The notes: generated from the sequence alone by a model not told the origin. A DNA stretch of 64,000 nt from Candidatus Velthaea sp. (GCA_965214935.1 CBDCCS010000018.1:96001-160000); one strand, 5' to 3'; positions 29,410 through 39,935 are shown, counted from the stretch's first letter. Numbers and translations are program-made.

Positions 29410-30675
29410 TTATAGTGTGAGTGAAAATACGACTCCGAGCCCCGAATTGATTCCTGGGACGAAACTGCTTCCGCCCGCTGTAGCGGAACCGAAGAAAACG
29501 CCATTGAGATAAGTGAGGCCGCCGGATGGATACAAGCCGTTCGTACCATTGAAACGTTGAACTACGGTTTCTGTCCCACTCGGCGAAACGGAAAAGATCG
29601 TCCCGCAAGAAAGATACGGACCGTTACATGCGAGACCGCCGTAATTTGTCATCCCGTAAAGTACGCCGCCCACGTCGACTAGGTCGCCCGTCGGGTTGGC
29701 TCCGTCGGCGCCGCCTTTAAAGCTATATATGATGCGTTCATGGCCGAACAGGTCGACTGCAAAAACCGCTCCGAGATTATAAGCTCCGCCGTTGTATGAC
29801 GTGCCATAAAAAATTCCGTTGTTGTAGAGGAGCCGGCCCGGTTCCGCTCCATCGCTGGGCGAACCGGTGAAAGTATGCAAGATCGTTATTCCTGCGCTGT
29901 CGAGCCGATACACGACGCCGCATTTACAGTTTGCATCGCCGCCGATGGTCGTCGTGCCGTAGAGCGTATTATTGGCAGCGGTTAACACGTTCGGCGAGGC
30001 GCCGCGGGAACCGCCTGGAAAAACATACACGATTCTTGCGCCAGACGCTGACCGCTCGAAAATGCTGCCGAACGGCCCCGGTCCAGACTCTAACGTGCCG
30101 TACAATGCTCCGTTGAACTCAGTAAGGGAAGACGGCAACTGGTACCGGGAGTCCGCTTTTTGCAGTAAGCGATCCTCGCCGCTTGGAGTGATCTCATAGA
30201 GAATGCAACAGGTTGATGCCGATTGCACGGTCATCGTTCCGTAGAGATTTCCGTTGACGGCAAGCAGTGACGTACTCGGGTTTCCACTTTCCGTTGCCGA
30301 GCCGGTGAAGTAGTGGATGAAACTCACCGTACCGGGCGGAGTGACCTTATAAACGCCGCCGTAGTAAATGCCGCCGGATCCAGCGCCGCCGCCGAAGAAT
30401 ACGCCGTAGAGCGCGCCGTTCAATAAAGTGAGTGTATCGAGCGGCTCGTACGGCTGGCCTTGGGCAGTTCCGAATTGGTAAATCACCGAGTAACGTGGAA
30501 CGCCGGAACCAGTCCGGCCACGGTTGACGAACGTCGGCTTTGCGGCCGGCCGTTGCAACTGACCGGTCGCGGTTGTCGCAGCTTCCGCGCGATTCAGGTT
30601 ACAGACAGCAAGGTCGGCAAGCAAAAAAGCTGCTGCCGCGAAGAGCGCAAAGGGCAATTGCTGTTTTAACTTCAT
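29410..30675 (-). CDS. Secreted tandem-repeat protein (choice-of-anchor GloVer / TIGR03803-like beta-propeller repeats)
   Basis: Signal peptide, then about 7 repeats of LYGT..GG...G.V(F/Y)......(H/Y).F.G..DGA.P. Confidence 0.85.
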   Translation of the reverse strand: MKLKQQLPFALFAAAAFLLADLAVCNLNRAEAATTATGQLQRPAAKPTFVNRGRTGSGVPRYSVIYQFGTAQGQPYEPLDTLTLLNGALYGVFFGGGAGSGGIYYGGVYKVTPPGTVSFIHYFTGSATESGNPSTSLLAVNGNLYGTMTVQSASTCCILYEITPSGEDRLLQKADSRYQLPSSLTEFNGALYGTLESGPGPFGSIFERSASGARIVYVFPGGSRGASPNVLTAANNTLYGTTTIGGDANCKCGVVYRLDSAGITILHTFTGSPSDGAEPGRLLYNNGIFYGTSYNGGAYNLGAVFAVDLFGHERIIYSFKGGADGANPTGDLVDVGGVLYGMTNYGGLACNGPYLSCGTIFSVSPSGTETVVQRFNGTNGLYPSGGLTYLNGVFFGSATAGGSSFVPGINSGLGVVFSLTL

Positions 30676-31181
30676 GCCGCTAATCCTCAATTGGATTTGT
30701 TTGTCGGAACATAGGCGTTTTCACGTGCGGTGTTCGCCGGCGCAAATGCGCGGACTTTTTCACATTGCGACATATCGCAAACAAAAACTTCTTCAACCGG
30801 CCCTGCGTCGCTCTCGTTCGACGACAAGGCTGCGCAGACGAAATGCATCCATTTGTTTTAACGCTTCAGTAAATCCGTTAACCGCCGCATACCACTGTCC
30901 TGAGATGCGCAGACTTAAAATGGTGAACGGATTGGGGTGCAGTTGAGAACGAATGCAGCGGGTCGATCAAGGAGCGTTGTGCGCTTCTTGTGCTCACGGA
31001 GCCAACGACGCGAATCGCGGATGACTGCGGGTACGACCCGTGCTTTGTCAAGCGAGGATAGCCGGCCGCGAGTACTCGCGACGTTGTACACGGGTGCTTT
31101 GCATAAGAGGCAATGCGGCTAACTCGGCGACACCATTTCGACTTACGATGAAACGGTGATCCCGCTAGGAAATGAATGTAC

Positions 31182-31240
31182 TTGACAGATCAACGTAACA
31201 ACGTTATGTTCTCTCCATAACAACGTTATGGAGAGAACAT
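31182..31240 (+). promoter_or_regulatory. Sigma70 promoter (TTGACA-N17-TATGTT) overlapped by two TAACAACGTTA operators within a 16-bp perfect inverted repeat
   Basis: TTGACA 31182-31187; TATGTT 31205-31210; TAACAACGTTATG at 31196-31208 and 31218-31230; ATGTTCTCTCCATAAC-AAC-GTTATGGAGAGAACAT at 31206-31240. Confidence 0.8.
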
Positions 31241-31604
31241 GATGACAATTAGCCAGGGAATGACATACACGCTTGCAGCCGGGCTGGTGGCCTTGTCGGC
31301 CCGAGCGGCATCGGCGCCGCGAGGCGCTGCTTTCGCATACGGTGTTCCGATTCCAAAAGACATCACTCCGACGCCGTACCTCGAGGTAAAAGCCAACCGC
31401 GATTTCGTTCTTGCTGCGTTGCTCGTCGTGACTGCATCCGCGAACCATTCCATTCTTGCCTTTGCACTTTTCAGCGGAGCGATCGCTCCGGCTGCCGACG
31501 CTTGGATCGTCAAGCGTCATGGGAAGTTATCGGGTACCGCCGTTCATCTTGGCACGGTCGCATACATGATCTTGGCAGGTGTGCTTGCCGCTTTACGGCA
31601 CTGA
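31239..31604 (+). CDS. DUF4267 family membrane protein
   Basis: YG.P...YLEVKANRD, P.ADAWIV, VHLGT pattern; GGAGAG RBS. Confidence 0.75.
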   Translation: MMTISQGMTYTLAAGLVALSARAASAPRGAAFAYGVPIPKDITPTPYLEVKANRDFVLAALLVVTASANHSILAFALFSGAIAPAADAWIVKRHGKLSGTAVHLGTVAYMILAGVLAALRH

Positions 31605-31605
31605 C

Positions 31606-31943
31606 ATGGATGCCACGATCCTTGTATGCCACGTGTCTGCCGCCGTCGGCGTTGGGCCGCATTGCGCTCCGTGCTGGTCCTTCTTCGCTTTGGCGCCGGC
31701 GTAACGTTGGTGTCCGGGATCGTCCTCTAGGTGATTCTGCAAATAGTTCACCCGATATGGCTTTCGGTATCCCTTGCGTTGTTTGCACTGGTGGCCGCAG
31801 CGATAAGGCTTGTGATCGAGCCGGCCGCTAACGCTGTTTCCGAAAAGCCAAATCTGCAGCACCGGATTCGATTGACTGGCATCGCCTCGTCGGCGCTTAC
31901 CTTCTGTATCACCGTCCTTATGGTGTTGCGGCCGGATTTATGA
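31606..31943 (+). pseudogene. Degraded 4-TM membrane protein (DUF2269-like)
   Basis: MDATILVCHVSAAVGVGP, a frame change, LRSVLVLLRFGAGVTLVSGIVL, in-frame TAG (31728-31730), then VILQIVHPIWLSVSL...LMVLRP. Confidence 0.62.
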
Positions 31944-32551
31944 CAACGACCAGCGCGTCAAAACAAAAGCTCCGTGGAACATCTCGAGACCACATCATTG
32001 ATGTGAGCCGAGCCATCATCGAAGAAGAAGGCGTCGAGCACCTCACCATTCGGCGCATCGCTGAGACAATACATCGTACTCAGCCGGCGGTGTACCAGCA
32101 CTTCTCTAGTAAAGACGCGATTCTAGTCGCTGTCGTCGTCAACGGTTTTATCTCGCTCGCCGAGCGCCTAAAGCGTTCTGCGAAAGTTGGGGAACGGCCG
32201 CTCATCACGATCGCCAATGCCTATGTGCGCTTTGGATTAGAACGGCCGCGACTTTACGAAGTGATGTTCGTGGCTCCGCCGCTCATCGTTTTCGCCACAG
32301 CCGAAACTCCGACGCCCGCGCAGAATGCTTTTGCAATAATTGCAACTGCGGTCGGAGAGTCGGGCGTACAACCAGTTGAGGTCGACACGGTAAGCGAAAT
32401 ACTATGGGCGGCTCTCCACGGCTTAGTGATGTTGTCTCTTACGCAGCGCCTGCGTCCGGGTCGATCGCTGCAGCGCAGGCGCATTGAGAAACTAACATTG
32501 GGAATTAACGCGATGATTGCGTCTTTCGCAGCTGATATTCCGGCTTGCTAG
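31940..32551 (+). CDS. TetR/AcrR family regulator with WHG-type C-terminal domain
   Basis: LTIRRIAE...QPAVYQHFSSK HTH; AYVRFG..RP.LYEVMF; LWAALHGL. Confidence 0.92.
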   Translation: MTTTSASKQKLRGTSRDHIIDVSRAIIEEEGVEHLTIRRIAETIHRTQPAVYQHFSSKDAILVAVVVNGFISLAERLKRSAKVGERPLITIANAYVRFGLERPRLYEVMFVAPPLIVFATAETPTPAQNAFAIIATAVGESGVQPVEVDTVSEILWAALHGLVMLSLTQRLRPGRSLQRRRIEKLTLGINAMIASFAADIPAC

Positions 32552-33015
32552 ACCGCGCCTTCGACACGACGAGCTAACGACGAAGGCGAGATATACGAGC
32601 GGCGATTATCCGCCTGACGTCACGAGTCGCATAAATTCTGCGTATCGCTCTAGGCTATATGCACAGGAGCTTTGGTCACCGCCTGATCGCCGAGCGACGC
32701 GCGCTCGTAACACGATGCTTACACGAAATGCAGGGTCGGACGAACTTGCACGTCGTCAGCGAGACGAGCGATCTTACGGTCGACGAATTGCCGCAATCCG
32801 ATTGAACGGATGAAGCGAGCAGAGAAGTGGCACGGACGTGGACGCTATCATCGGATAAGCGAAGCACTCGCGCCGGTTCTACAGTTGGCGAAGCGAAGCC
32901 GCGCAGTCTCTTTCGTGTCGTTTTGCGTCACCAACGCAAACGCTTGAACGCCATCCGACCCGTTGGAGTGGCAGGCAGACTGTCACGAACGAGATCGCGA
33001 ATGCACGACTGCAAC

Positions 33016-33741
33016 ATGCGCACTTTTCGGCTGTTCACGGTCTTCGCGCTCTTGACGGCGAGTAGCGCGGCCGTTGCCCAAACCACGCCGTTCGTTGGAC
33101 GACCTGGAGCGTTTGCGAGCGGTATAACCGTCATCGGTCGCGGCACAGCCGCGGCGGCTCCCGATCGCGCACGTATTTCGGTTCAAATTTACGGCAACCA
33201 AGGCGTGGCCAACGCCGGCACCCTGCCGCTCGCCGAAGCGGCCGATGCGCTCGTCGATGCGTTGCGGGCCAGCGGCGTTGCCGATGTGCGCGAGGTTTTG
33301 CCGATCGGCAATCTCAGCACACGCAGCGTGGCTCCGGCGATTGTCGGCACGATCGCTAAGCCGACTCGGGAGCGGCTTGAAGCGATCGCACGCGATGTCG
33401 TGAAATCGCTGCCCGACCGGCTCGCACCGGCCTACGGCAACGTGCAGTTGCAAGTTTCGCTGCTGGTCGACAATTGCGCAATCGACGAGGAACGGGCCGA
33501 GCGCGCGGCGTTCGCTGACGCGCGCAGCCGCGCGGCGCGCCTTGCGGCCGGCGCCGGACTGCGCTTGGGCGCGGTCGAGGCGATCGCCGATACCCAGTCG
33601 TTCATACCAGTCGGCTGTTCGAGCCGGCCGGACGCCTTAGATTCGCCGTCTAACGGACCGCCGACGATCGGTTTGTACGGCCCGCTCGTATTGCCGATCA
33701 CCGTGAACGAGACGGTAACGTTCGCGATCGGTGGTCCTTAA
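33016..33741 (+). CDS. SIMPL domain (DUF541) secreted protein
   Basis: Signal peptide; ITVIGRG..AAAPDRA; AFADARSRAARLA..AGLRLG; terminal VTFAI. Confidence 0.8.
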   Translation: MRTFRLFTVFALLTASSAAVAQTTPFVGRPGAFASGITVIGRGTAAAAPDRARISVQIYGNQGVANAGTLPLAEAADALVDALRASGVADVREVLPIGNLSTRSVAPAIVGTIAKPTRERLEAIARDVVKSLPDRLAPAYGNVQLQVSLLVDNCAIDEERAERAAFADARSRAARLAAGAGLRLGAVEAIADTQSFIPVGCSSRPDALDSPSNGPPTIGLYGPLVLPITVNETVTFAIGGP

Positions 33742-33767
33742 ATACGAGAGCCGATTCGCTCCGAGGC

Positions 33768-33835
33768 AGGGCATTGATCGTTATCGATGTCCAAGTCGCG
33801 TTCGACGAATCGGCAATGGCCGGACAATGGCGTAA
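33768..33835 (+). pseudogene. Fragment resembling the N-terminus of an isochorismatase/cysteine hydrolase
   Basis: Reads RALIVIDVQVAF (ALxVIDxQxxF motif), with no plausible continuation before the convergent SDR. Confidence 0.35.
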
Positions 33836-33956
33836 AATCCGGAGACGTAAGTTACAACGGAGAAGCGTGCGAACTTGCCTTAATCGCGCGTTATCGAGCC
33901 AGACGGTGTCACCGTGTAGACACGGCCGCGACGTTCGCTCGATTGCGGCGAATACG

Positions 33957-34652
33957 TTACCACCGGACCGGGCCAAAGCGATCGATGAATCGGCCCGTGC
34001 CGGCTTTGGGGCTTTCAGTCGCCAACGTGACGATCGCGTCCGTACCTTCGGTTACGGTTTGGTGACCGGTGTGTCCGTTGAAATCGGTAGCGGTGTAACC
34101 GGGGTCAGCCGCGTTGACCCGTATGCCGGGCAGCGCTTTGGCATACTGCGTGGTAAGCATTGTGACTGCGGCTTTAGAAGCCGTGTAGAGCGGAGCAATC
34201 GGCTTGGATTCGACTCGGGTGCGATCGTGAGTGAGGGCGAGAGAACCCATTCCGCTGCTGACATTGATCACCGCTGGGTGCTTAGCGAGTTTAAGCAACG
34301 GCAAGAACGCGTGCATGACACGCACAATGCCGGCGACGTTGGTGTTGAAGATTTCGGCGGCCTGGGGTCCGGCAAGCTCTTCGGCCGGGAGATCCGAGCC
34401 GATGATGCCGGCGTTATTGACGAGTATGTCGATACGACCTTCGTGAGCCTTAATGTCTGCTGCGGCTTGAGCGACGGATTCGTCGTTTGCGACGTCGATG
34501 GGCACGAATCGAACGCCGAGCTGATCGGCTGCGGTTTGACCTCGCTTGGGATCGCGGGAACCCACGACGACGGTCTGGCCAATCTCAATGAGGCGTCTTG
34601 CTGTTTCGTACCCAAGGCCTTTGTTGGCCCCGGTGATGAAGGTGATAATCAT
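33957..34652 (-). CDS. SDR family oxidoreductase (carbonyl-reductase-like)
   Basis: ITGANKGLG, LVNNAG, VSSGMGS, YTASK, DPGYTATDFN. Confidence 0.93.
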   Translation of the reverse strand: MIITFITGANKGLGYETARRLIEIGQTVVVGSRDPKRGQTAADQLGVRFVPIDVANDESVAQAAADIKAHEGRIDILVNNAGIIGSDLPAEELAGPQAAEIFNTNVAGIVRVMHAFLPLLKLAKHPAVINVSSGMGSLALTHDRTRVESKPIAPLYTASKAAVTMLTTQYAKALPGIRVNAADPGYTATDFNGHTGHQTVTEGTDAIVTLATESPKAGTGRFIDRFGPVRW

Positions 34653-34740
34653 GCGGCCAGTCTCTCTCATCACTCATGGTGTCAACCAGAGACGGCGCGG
34701 CGGTGGGACCAGCGATACCACCTTGCGCGACTGCAACGTC

Positions 34741-35619
34741 ATGGTCGAGCCGCAATTTACAAAGCTTACTTCCACCGAGGCCGGTCTTGGAGCCACGCTT
34801 CGGGTATGGCGTGACCGTCTCACCCCAGCGAAGGCCGGCATACCCGCCGGTTGGCCACGCCGCGCGGTTGGACTGCGCCGCGAGGAGCTTGCCGAACTTG
34901 CCGGTCTTTCCGTCGATTACGTCGTTCGACTCGAGCAGGGAAGGGCGACCGCACCGTCCACCGATGTCGTGGCCGCGTTGGCATCGGCCTTACAGCTGAC
35001 CCGGGCCGAACGCGACCATTTTTACCAATTGGCGGGTCTGCAACCACCGGCTGACCGGGTCATCAGCGATTGCATTCCGCCCGGCGTGCATCGTTTGCTC
35101 ACTCGTCTAGCGGACGCTTCAGTCGCTGTATTCGCTGCGGACTGGCGGCTCGTCTGGTGGAATGCCGGTTGGGCTGCACTCCTCGGCGATCCGTCGGTCA
35201 TCGCACCGGAAGAGCGTAGCTTGGTGTGCGCGCGCTTTCCCATCCCGGGCAGTCGCGGCCGCCTTGAGGAATGGCCGGTTCGCTCGAAAAGCCCCGAAGC
35301 TACCGATCTTGCAATCGTGGCCGACCTTCGACGCGCGAGTGCACGGTATCCTCACGACCATCGCCTAGCCGAGCTCCTGCGTCGTACGATCGACGGCAAT
35401 TCCTATTTCGCGCAACTGTGGCGCGCCGGCGCAGTCGGCGAGCATTCCGAGGACCGCAAAACCATCGAGCATCCTATCGCGGGCGAAATCACCGTCGATT
35501 GTGACGTCCTTTCCGCCGGCGACAGCGACCTCAAGATTGTCGCCTTGACGGCTCCAACCGGAAGCGAGGATGCGCGCAAGATCGAGCTTACACGCATCAT
35601 CGCTCTCACCCACTCGTAG
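34741..35619 (+). CDS. XRE-HTH regulator with MmyB-like ligand-binding domain
   Basis: LRVWRDRL, GLRREELAELAGLSVDYVVRLEQGRA, HPIAGEITVDCDVL; divergent from an SDR. Confidence 0.92.
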   Translation: MVEPQFTKLTSTEAGLGATLRVWRDRLTPAKAGIPAGWPRRAVGLRREELAELAGLSVDYVVRLEQGRATAPSTDVVAALASALQLTRAERDHFYQLAGLQPPADRVISDCIPPGVHRLLTRLADASVAVFAADWRLVWWNAGWAALLGDPSVIAPEERSLVCARFPIPGSRGRLEEWPVRSKSPEATDLAIVADLRRASARYPHDHRLAELLRRTIDGNSYFAQLWRAGAVGEHSEDRKTIEHPIAGEITVDCDVLSAGDSDLKIVALTAPTGSEDARKIELTRIIALTHS

Positions 35620-35891
35620 ACTAACACGCGATGGCGCCCGTAGCCTTTTGTCGGCCGCCGGTCCCAAACCGCTTAACCTTATTGCAGCGGTAATAAGCCG
35701 TTCCGAGTGTGTGACTGTCGCAACTTAGAAGTTGCCTATAAGCGGCGATGTTGCGCGCCGTCGACATGTTGCAACATGTGCGGCCAAAGCGAATCCACGA
35801 GCGCTCATAGCGCGCGATGCTACTTGCGGCAGTCGAAAGCGAACCATTGATTCGGTCATTCGTTACTCATCTTTCCCAAAACGCGCGCAGC

Positions 35892-37444
35892 TCAGAGTCC
35901 CAAGACGACAACCGTGGGCGTGCTTTTTGGCGTAACGAAATCGTAGTTGTACATGCCGGCCGCGGCTGCAACGTATTGCGTGCCTGCAACTTGATAGGAG
36001 ATCACGCCGCCGCCGACTGGGAGATTGGTCGCCACCGTTCGCAGTAGGGTACCGGTCGTGGCGTTGAAGGCCAGCACGTTGCCCGACAAGTCGGCCGTAA
36101 ACACGAGTCCGCCCGCCGTCGGCGTCACACCGGCAACGAGCGGTTTTGACGAATGATACGTCGAGCGCGCGGCACCGGTCGTTGCGTCGATGGCTGATAG
36201 CCAGCCCGAACGCGCGGCATCGACGACGACGTTGCTCGAACCAAGCCAAGATTTTCCTTTCACGTACGACACCGGCTTGGCTTCGAGGTAGACGGTGCTG
36301 CATGAGTCGACCGCATTGACATACGCCAGGGCGGTTGTCGGCGCGTATGCAGCGCCGTTCCAAACGACGCCGCCCTGCGGGCAGAAGTGCGTTCCGGAGG
36401 TCGTGATGGGCGCAGTGGCATTCGAGATCGTGGTAACGGCGGTACTCCAATGTTGCGCAAACGTGTTCACGTCGATCGAGCGCAGGTAGCCGTCTTTGCC
36501 GCCCACGAGCGCGATACGCGTGCCGCTGGGCAGCGTTATAACTGCCGGCGTCGCAGCTTGGTCCCAGTCGTGATTGTCTTGCAGGACGAACTGCATCGCG
36601 CGCACGAACGCTCCGGTCGACGGATTGATTTCCAGCACCGCGTTGGTATAGAGATTCGATCCGGTGCGATTGCGAGAATCGTAATCCGGACCGGGATTGC
36701 CGACCGGCACGTAAAGCATCCCGGTCTGCGGATCGACGGTGAGCGAGGTCCAACTGGCGCCGCCGGCGATGTGTGTTGCGCCTTTCCATGTTGCGGCGGC
36801 CGTACTGCCCGGATTCGGGACGGTCTGCGCCGACCACAGCACGTTTCCGGTTCTTTGATCGAGCGCTACGACATGGCACATCTGTCCATTTTCGCCGCCG
36901 GCGGTCCCGATAATGACCATCGACTTCCAAACGATCGGTGCACCCGTGATGAACTCGAGGCTACCGGCGGCAATGGCGCTGCGATCCCATACCGACGTGC
37001 CCGTTGTGGCGTTTAGCGCGCCGACATGTCCGTTGGGGAAGCCGCGAAATATCAAGCCGCCGGCGTACGCTGCGCCGCGGTTGGGGTAGCCGCTTGACGC
37101 GGCATTGGTGTTGACCCAGAGTTGCTTGCACGTTGCGGCGTTAAGTGCGAACGTTTGATTCGAGGTCGTCACGTACAACACGCCGCCGACGACGATCGGT
37201 CCGCTCTCGAACGGTTGCGGCGTTCCGACCGTCGCCGAGCAAACGACATGCAACTTGTTCACATTTGCCGTCGTGATTCCGGCGATAGCGACATAGCGAT
37301 CGGAAGCAACGTCGTCGTTGTATGAGGAAAATCGATCGACGCGCCGGCCGCCGACACCGGCCGTATCGGAGCACTTTGCGTTGCGATCGCTACGGCACAA
37401 CTGACAAGAAGCGCACCAAAGATACGGCGCAACAACATATTCAC
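35892..37444 (-). CDS. Secreted PQQ-dependent dehydrogenase-like beta-propeller protein, frameshift near 37326-37331
   Basis: Signal peptide MNMLLRRIFGALLVSCAVAIA in one frame; PQQ domain in another (FESGPIVVGGVLY, NRG, ITGAP, VPVGNPGP, HDWD, GGKDG, GGLVF). Adding one base gives IDFPSYN. Confidence 0.85.
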
Positions 37445-38007
37445 TACCTCGCAACAGACGGTGCAGGGTGTTTCGGTTGGGTCGTGTCGCTCTCCCGAGT
37501 TAAGCGGCTCGGCCTACAGAGTCAAACGTCCTACGTTCGATAATGTTTAGCCGCGTTTTGCAACGTCGCGTTGGTTTCGTCGACATTGACGTGCGTTCTA
37601 TGTCAGATTAAGGCGAGCGTCACGCGGCGTACGGGATTGAGAACAAGCGGTTATACTGCGTTCGATCGACGAGTTGGCGCGTAGGCCGCAAGTGATCGCG
37701 CGTGCCGATGGTGTTTCCAGCGACGCATTCCGTGTGTCAAGCCCGCGACTGCGCCTAAGATAAGACCAACGACCGGCTTCGGGAAGAGCAAAAATCGATT
37801 GACGGCTGTCGATAATCGCTGCCGTTCTTTGCGAGTGGTCGCCGCACGTGATGCACCTGTGCGGATCGCGGTCGGGGCGAAGCGCCGAGCTCAAGCCCTG
37901 GGCCGCTGGCAACGGATGACGAACTTGGAGAAATGCTTAGCGGCGCGTTGCAAGTGCCGGTGTTGCCTACTACGATGTCCTTGTGTTAAGCGGTGTCGGG
38001 GAGCCCA

Positions 38008-38826
38008 CTATTTGCGAAGTGCGAATGGTGTGAGTAAGTTCTTAAGATAGCCTTGGCCGATGATCTCGCCGTTATCGTTGATGCCGATCGCGAACGTGGC
38101 CACCCAACCGGAGTTTGGCGGAAAAAGCGACTGAAGTTCGGTAGACTTTCCATTCGCGTAAACGAAGGTTCCGCTGAGCGCCCCGCCCTTGTTGTAAATG
38201 TTACCGACAACGACATCTGACGCATTCAAGCCGATCGGATCAACGTTGTATTTTGAGGCGTCGTAACCGCTCGGTAACGGAATCGTAAACAAGCGGCCTT
38301 TCGACCACAGGTAATATGCACGGTAAGCGTTGACAATCATGTCGCCGTTTGCAGCGACGGCATCCGCGGCCGAGTTATCGCTGCCGACATCGGAACGTAC
38401 GTCGGGCATCCGCCAAGCGTTAGTACTTCGCCGCGAAATTGAGTCTGGCTAGAACCAACAATGACGCCGGAGTCATTAACCGCGTTCGCTAGGAAATCGC
38501 TTGACCGACAACTCGAGATGGGAAAATATACTTGGGCCAACGTCGTATTATCGACGTAAACGTTACCACCAACGGTGAGGTGCGGTCGAATCACTACCAC
38601 GTGCATTTCGGGCCATGCGCGCTGCCGATAAATGCTTCGGTGTCAGAAAGGCAAGACTCGCGCGGCGTATCGCGTTCGGCGTATAGCGGTTAAATGTGAA
38701 TCGATCGACAAATGACGGGCGCGTTTGCCGCGGGCGATCGGCGCGTGCGGATTGCGGTTGGGGCGAGGCACCGAGCGCGATAAGCCCAGCGAACGCTGCT
38801 AGGAAGAGACGGACGACCGGCTTCAT
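38008..38826 (-). pseudogene. Fragmented secreted HAF-repeat-like protein
   Basis: AAGGAG RBS plus signal peptide MKPVVRLFLAAFAG; repeats ANAVNDSGVIVG, IGLNASDVVVG, AIGINDNGEIIG are spread over three ORF segments. Confidence 0.65.
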
Positions 38827-38985
38827 GCAAAGCTCCTTACATGCATTGCGAGCGTCATGGACGCAGGACGTAACCCTGTAAGACGCCGTTAAAATAACCG
38901 GTACCGACGATCCGACACATAAGCGGACGTTCACCCGCGCACCTGCGGACGCGATTCACCGAACGCATACCATACTCACCCTATA

Positions 38986-39018
38986 GCGTCGCTTCGCGTC
39001 AACGTAGCGAAGCGACGC
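38986..39018. terminator. 12-bp perfect hairpin downstream of the aldo/keto reductase gene
   Basis: GCGTCGCTTCGC-N9-GCGAAGCGACGC, without a clear U-tract. Confidence 0.45.
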
Positions 39019-39056
39019 ACTCGCTTTGACAGTTGCAGTTCAAGCCTGTCGTCGTC

Positions 39057-39935
39057 CTAACCGGCTGCTACGACCGCGACACCGTCTAACTTAGCCAGGA
39101 CTTCGGGCGTGAGCGTTAGCTCGGAAGCGGCCAAGTTTTCGCGCAGGTGAGCGACCGACGACGTACCGGGGATCAACAGAATATTGGACGAGCGATGCAG
39201 CAGCCACGCGAGCGCCACTTGCAGCGGTGTCGCGCTGAGCCGCTCGGCAACCGCCGAAAGCGTCGACGATTGCAACGGCGAGAAGCCGCCGAGCGGGAAG
39301 AACGGCACGTATGCAATGCCTTGACGGGCTAGGTCGTCGATTAGCGCGTCATCGCCGCGATGGGCCACGTTGTAGTTATTTTGTACGCACACGATTTTGG
39401 TGATGGTCTGCGCCTCGGCCACTTGCGCCGCGCTCACATTGCTGACGCCGATGTGACGAATGAGGCCTTGGCGCTGAAGATCGGCCAGAACGGAGACTTG
39501 CTCGGCAATCGAAGCCGCTGCTTGATCTTCACCCATGAAGCGGTAATTGGCGATATCGAGTGCCTCGACGCCGAGATTGCGAAGGTTGTCGTGCACGGCC
39601 GAGGTCAGTTCGGCCGGTGTTATTGCAGGCTGCCAAGAACCGTCGGCCGGACGCCGGCCGCCAAGCTTCGTTACGACGATCAAGCCTGACGGGTACGGCG
39701 CGAGCGCTTCGCGGATGATCTCGTTTGTCACGTGCGGGCCGTAGAAATCCGACGTGTCGATATGGTTGACGCCGGCCGCGATTGCTTCGCGCAAGACGGC
39801 AACGGCGCCGGCGCGGTCTTTCGGCGGCCCCCAGACGCCGGGTCCGGCGAGTTGCATGGCACCGTAGCCCATGCGGTGCACGGTCAACGCCGTGCCGGGA
39901 AACGTAAATTCGCCGCCGAGATCGGCTTTACGCAT
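39057..39935 (-). CDS. Aldo/keto reductase (YdbC-like)
   Basis: RMGYGAMQL, IDTSDFYG, IRHIGVSN, VQNNYN, LLIPGTSS..HLREN. Confidence 0.93.
   Translation of the reverse strand: MRKADLGGEFTFPGTALTVHRMGYGAMQLAGPGVWGPPKDRAGAVAVLREAIAAGVNHIDTSDFYGPHVTNEIIREALAPYPSGLIVVTKLGGRRPADGSWQPAITPAELTSAVHDNLRNLGVEALDIANYRFMGEDQAAASIAEQVSVLADLQRQGLIRHIGVSNVSAAQVAEAQTITKIVCVQNNYNVAHRGDDALIDDLARQGIAYVPFFPLGGFSPLQSSTLSAVAERLSATPLQVALAWLLHRSSNILLIPGTSSVAHLRENLAASELTLTPEVLAKLDGVAVVAAG

Noticed and set aside
29410..30675. Repetitive sequence as possible CRISPR or DNA repeat array
   Set aside because: Repeats are degenerate and at protein level; no identical DNA repeats with spacers and no cas genes.
30690..31180. 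Long intergenic region as possible riboswitch, tRNA or ncRNA (also 29110-29409 and 37445-38007)
   Set aside because: No recognisable consensus by eye; an Infernal/Rfam scan is needed to exclude it.
32659..32805. Short ORF MHRSFGHRLIAERR...
   Set aside because: No RBS and no recognisable motif; cannot be told apart from chance or a remnant.
33774..34814. 346-aa plus-strand ORF
   Set aside because: Mostly the antisense shadow of the SDR; only the first few codons resemble a real protein.
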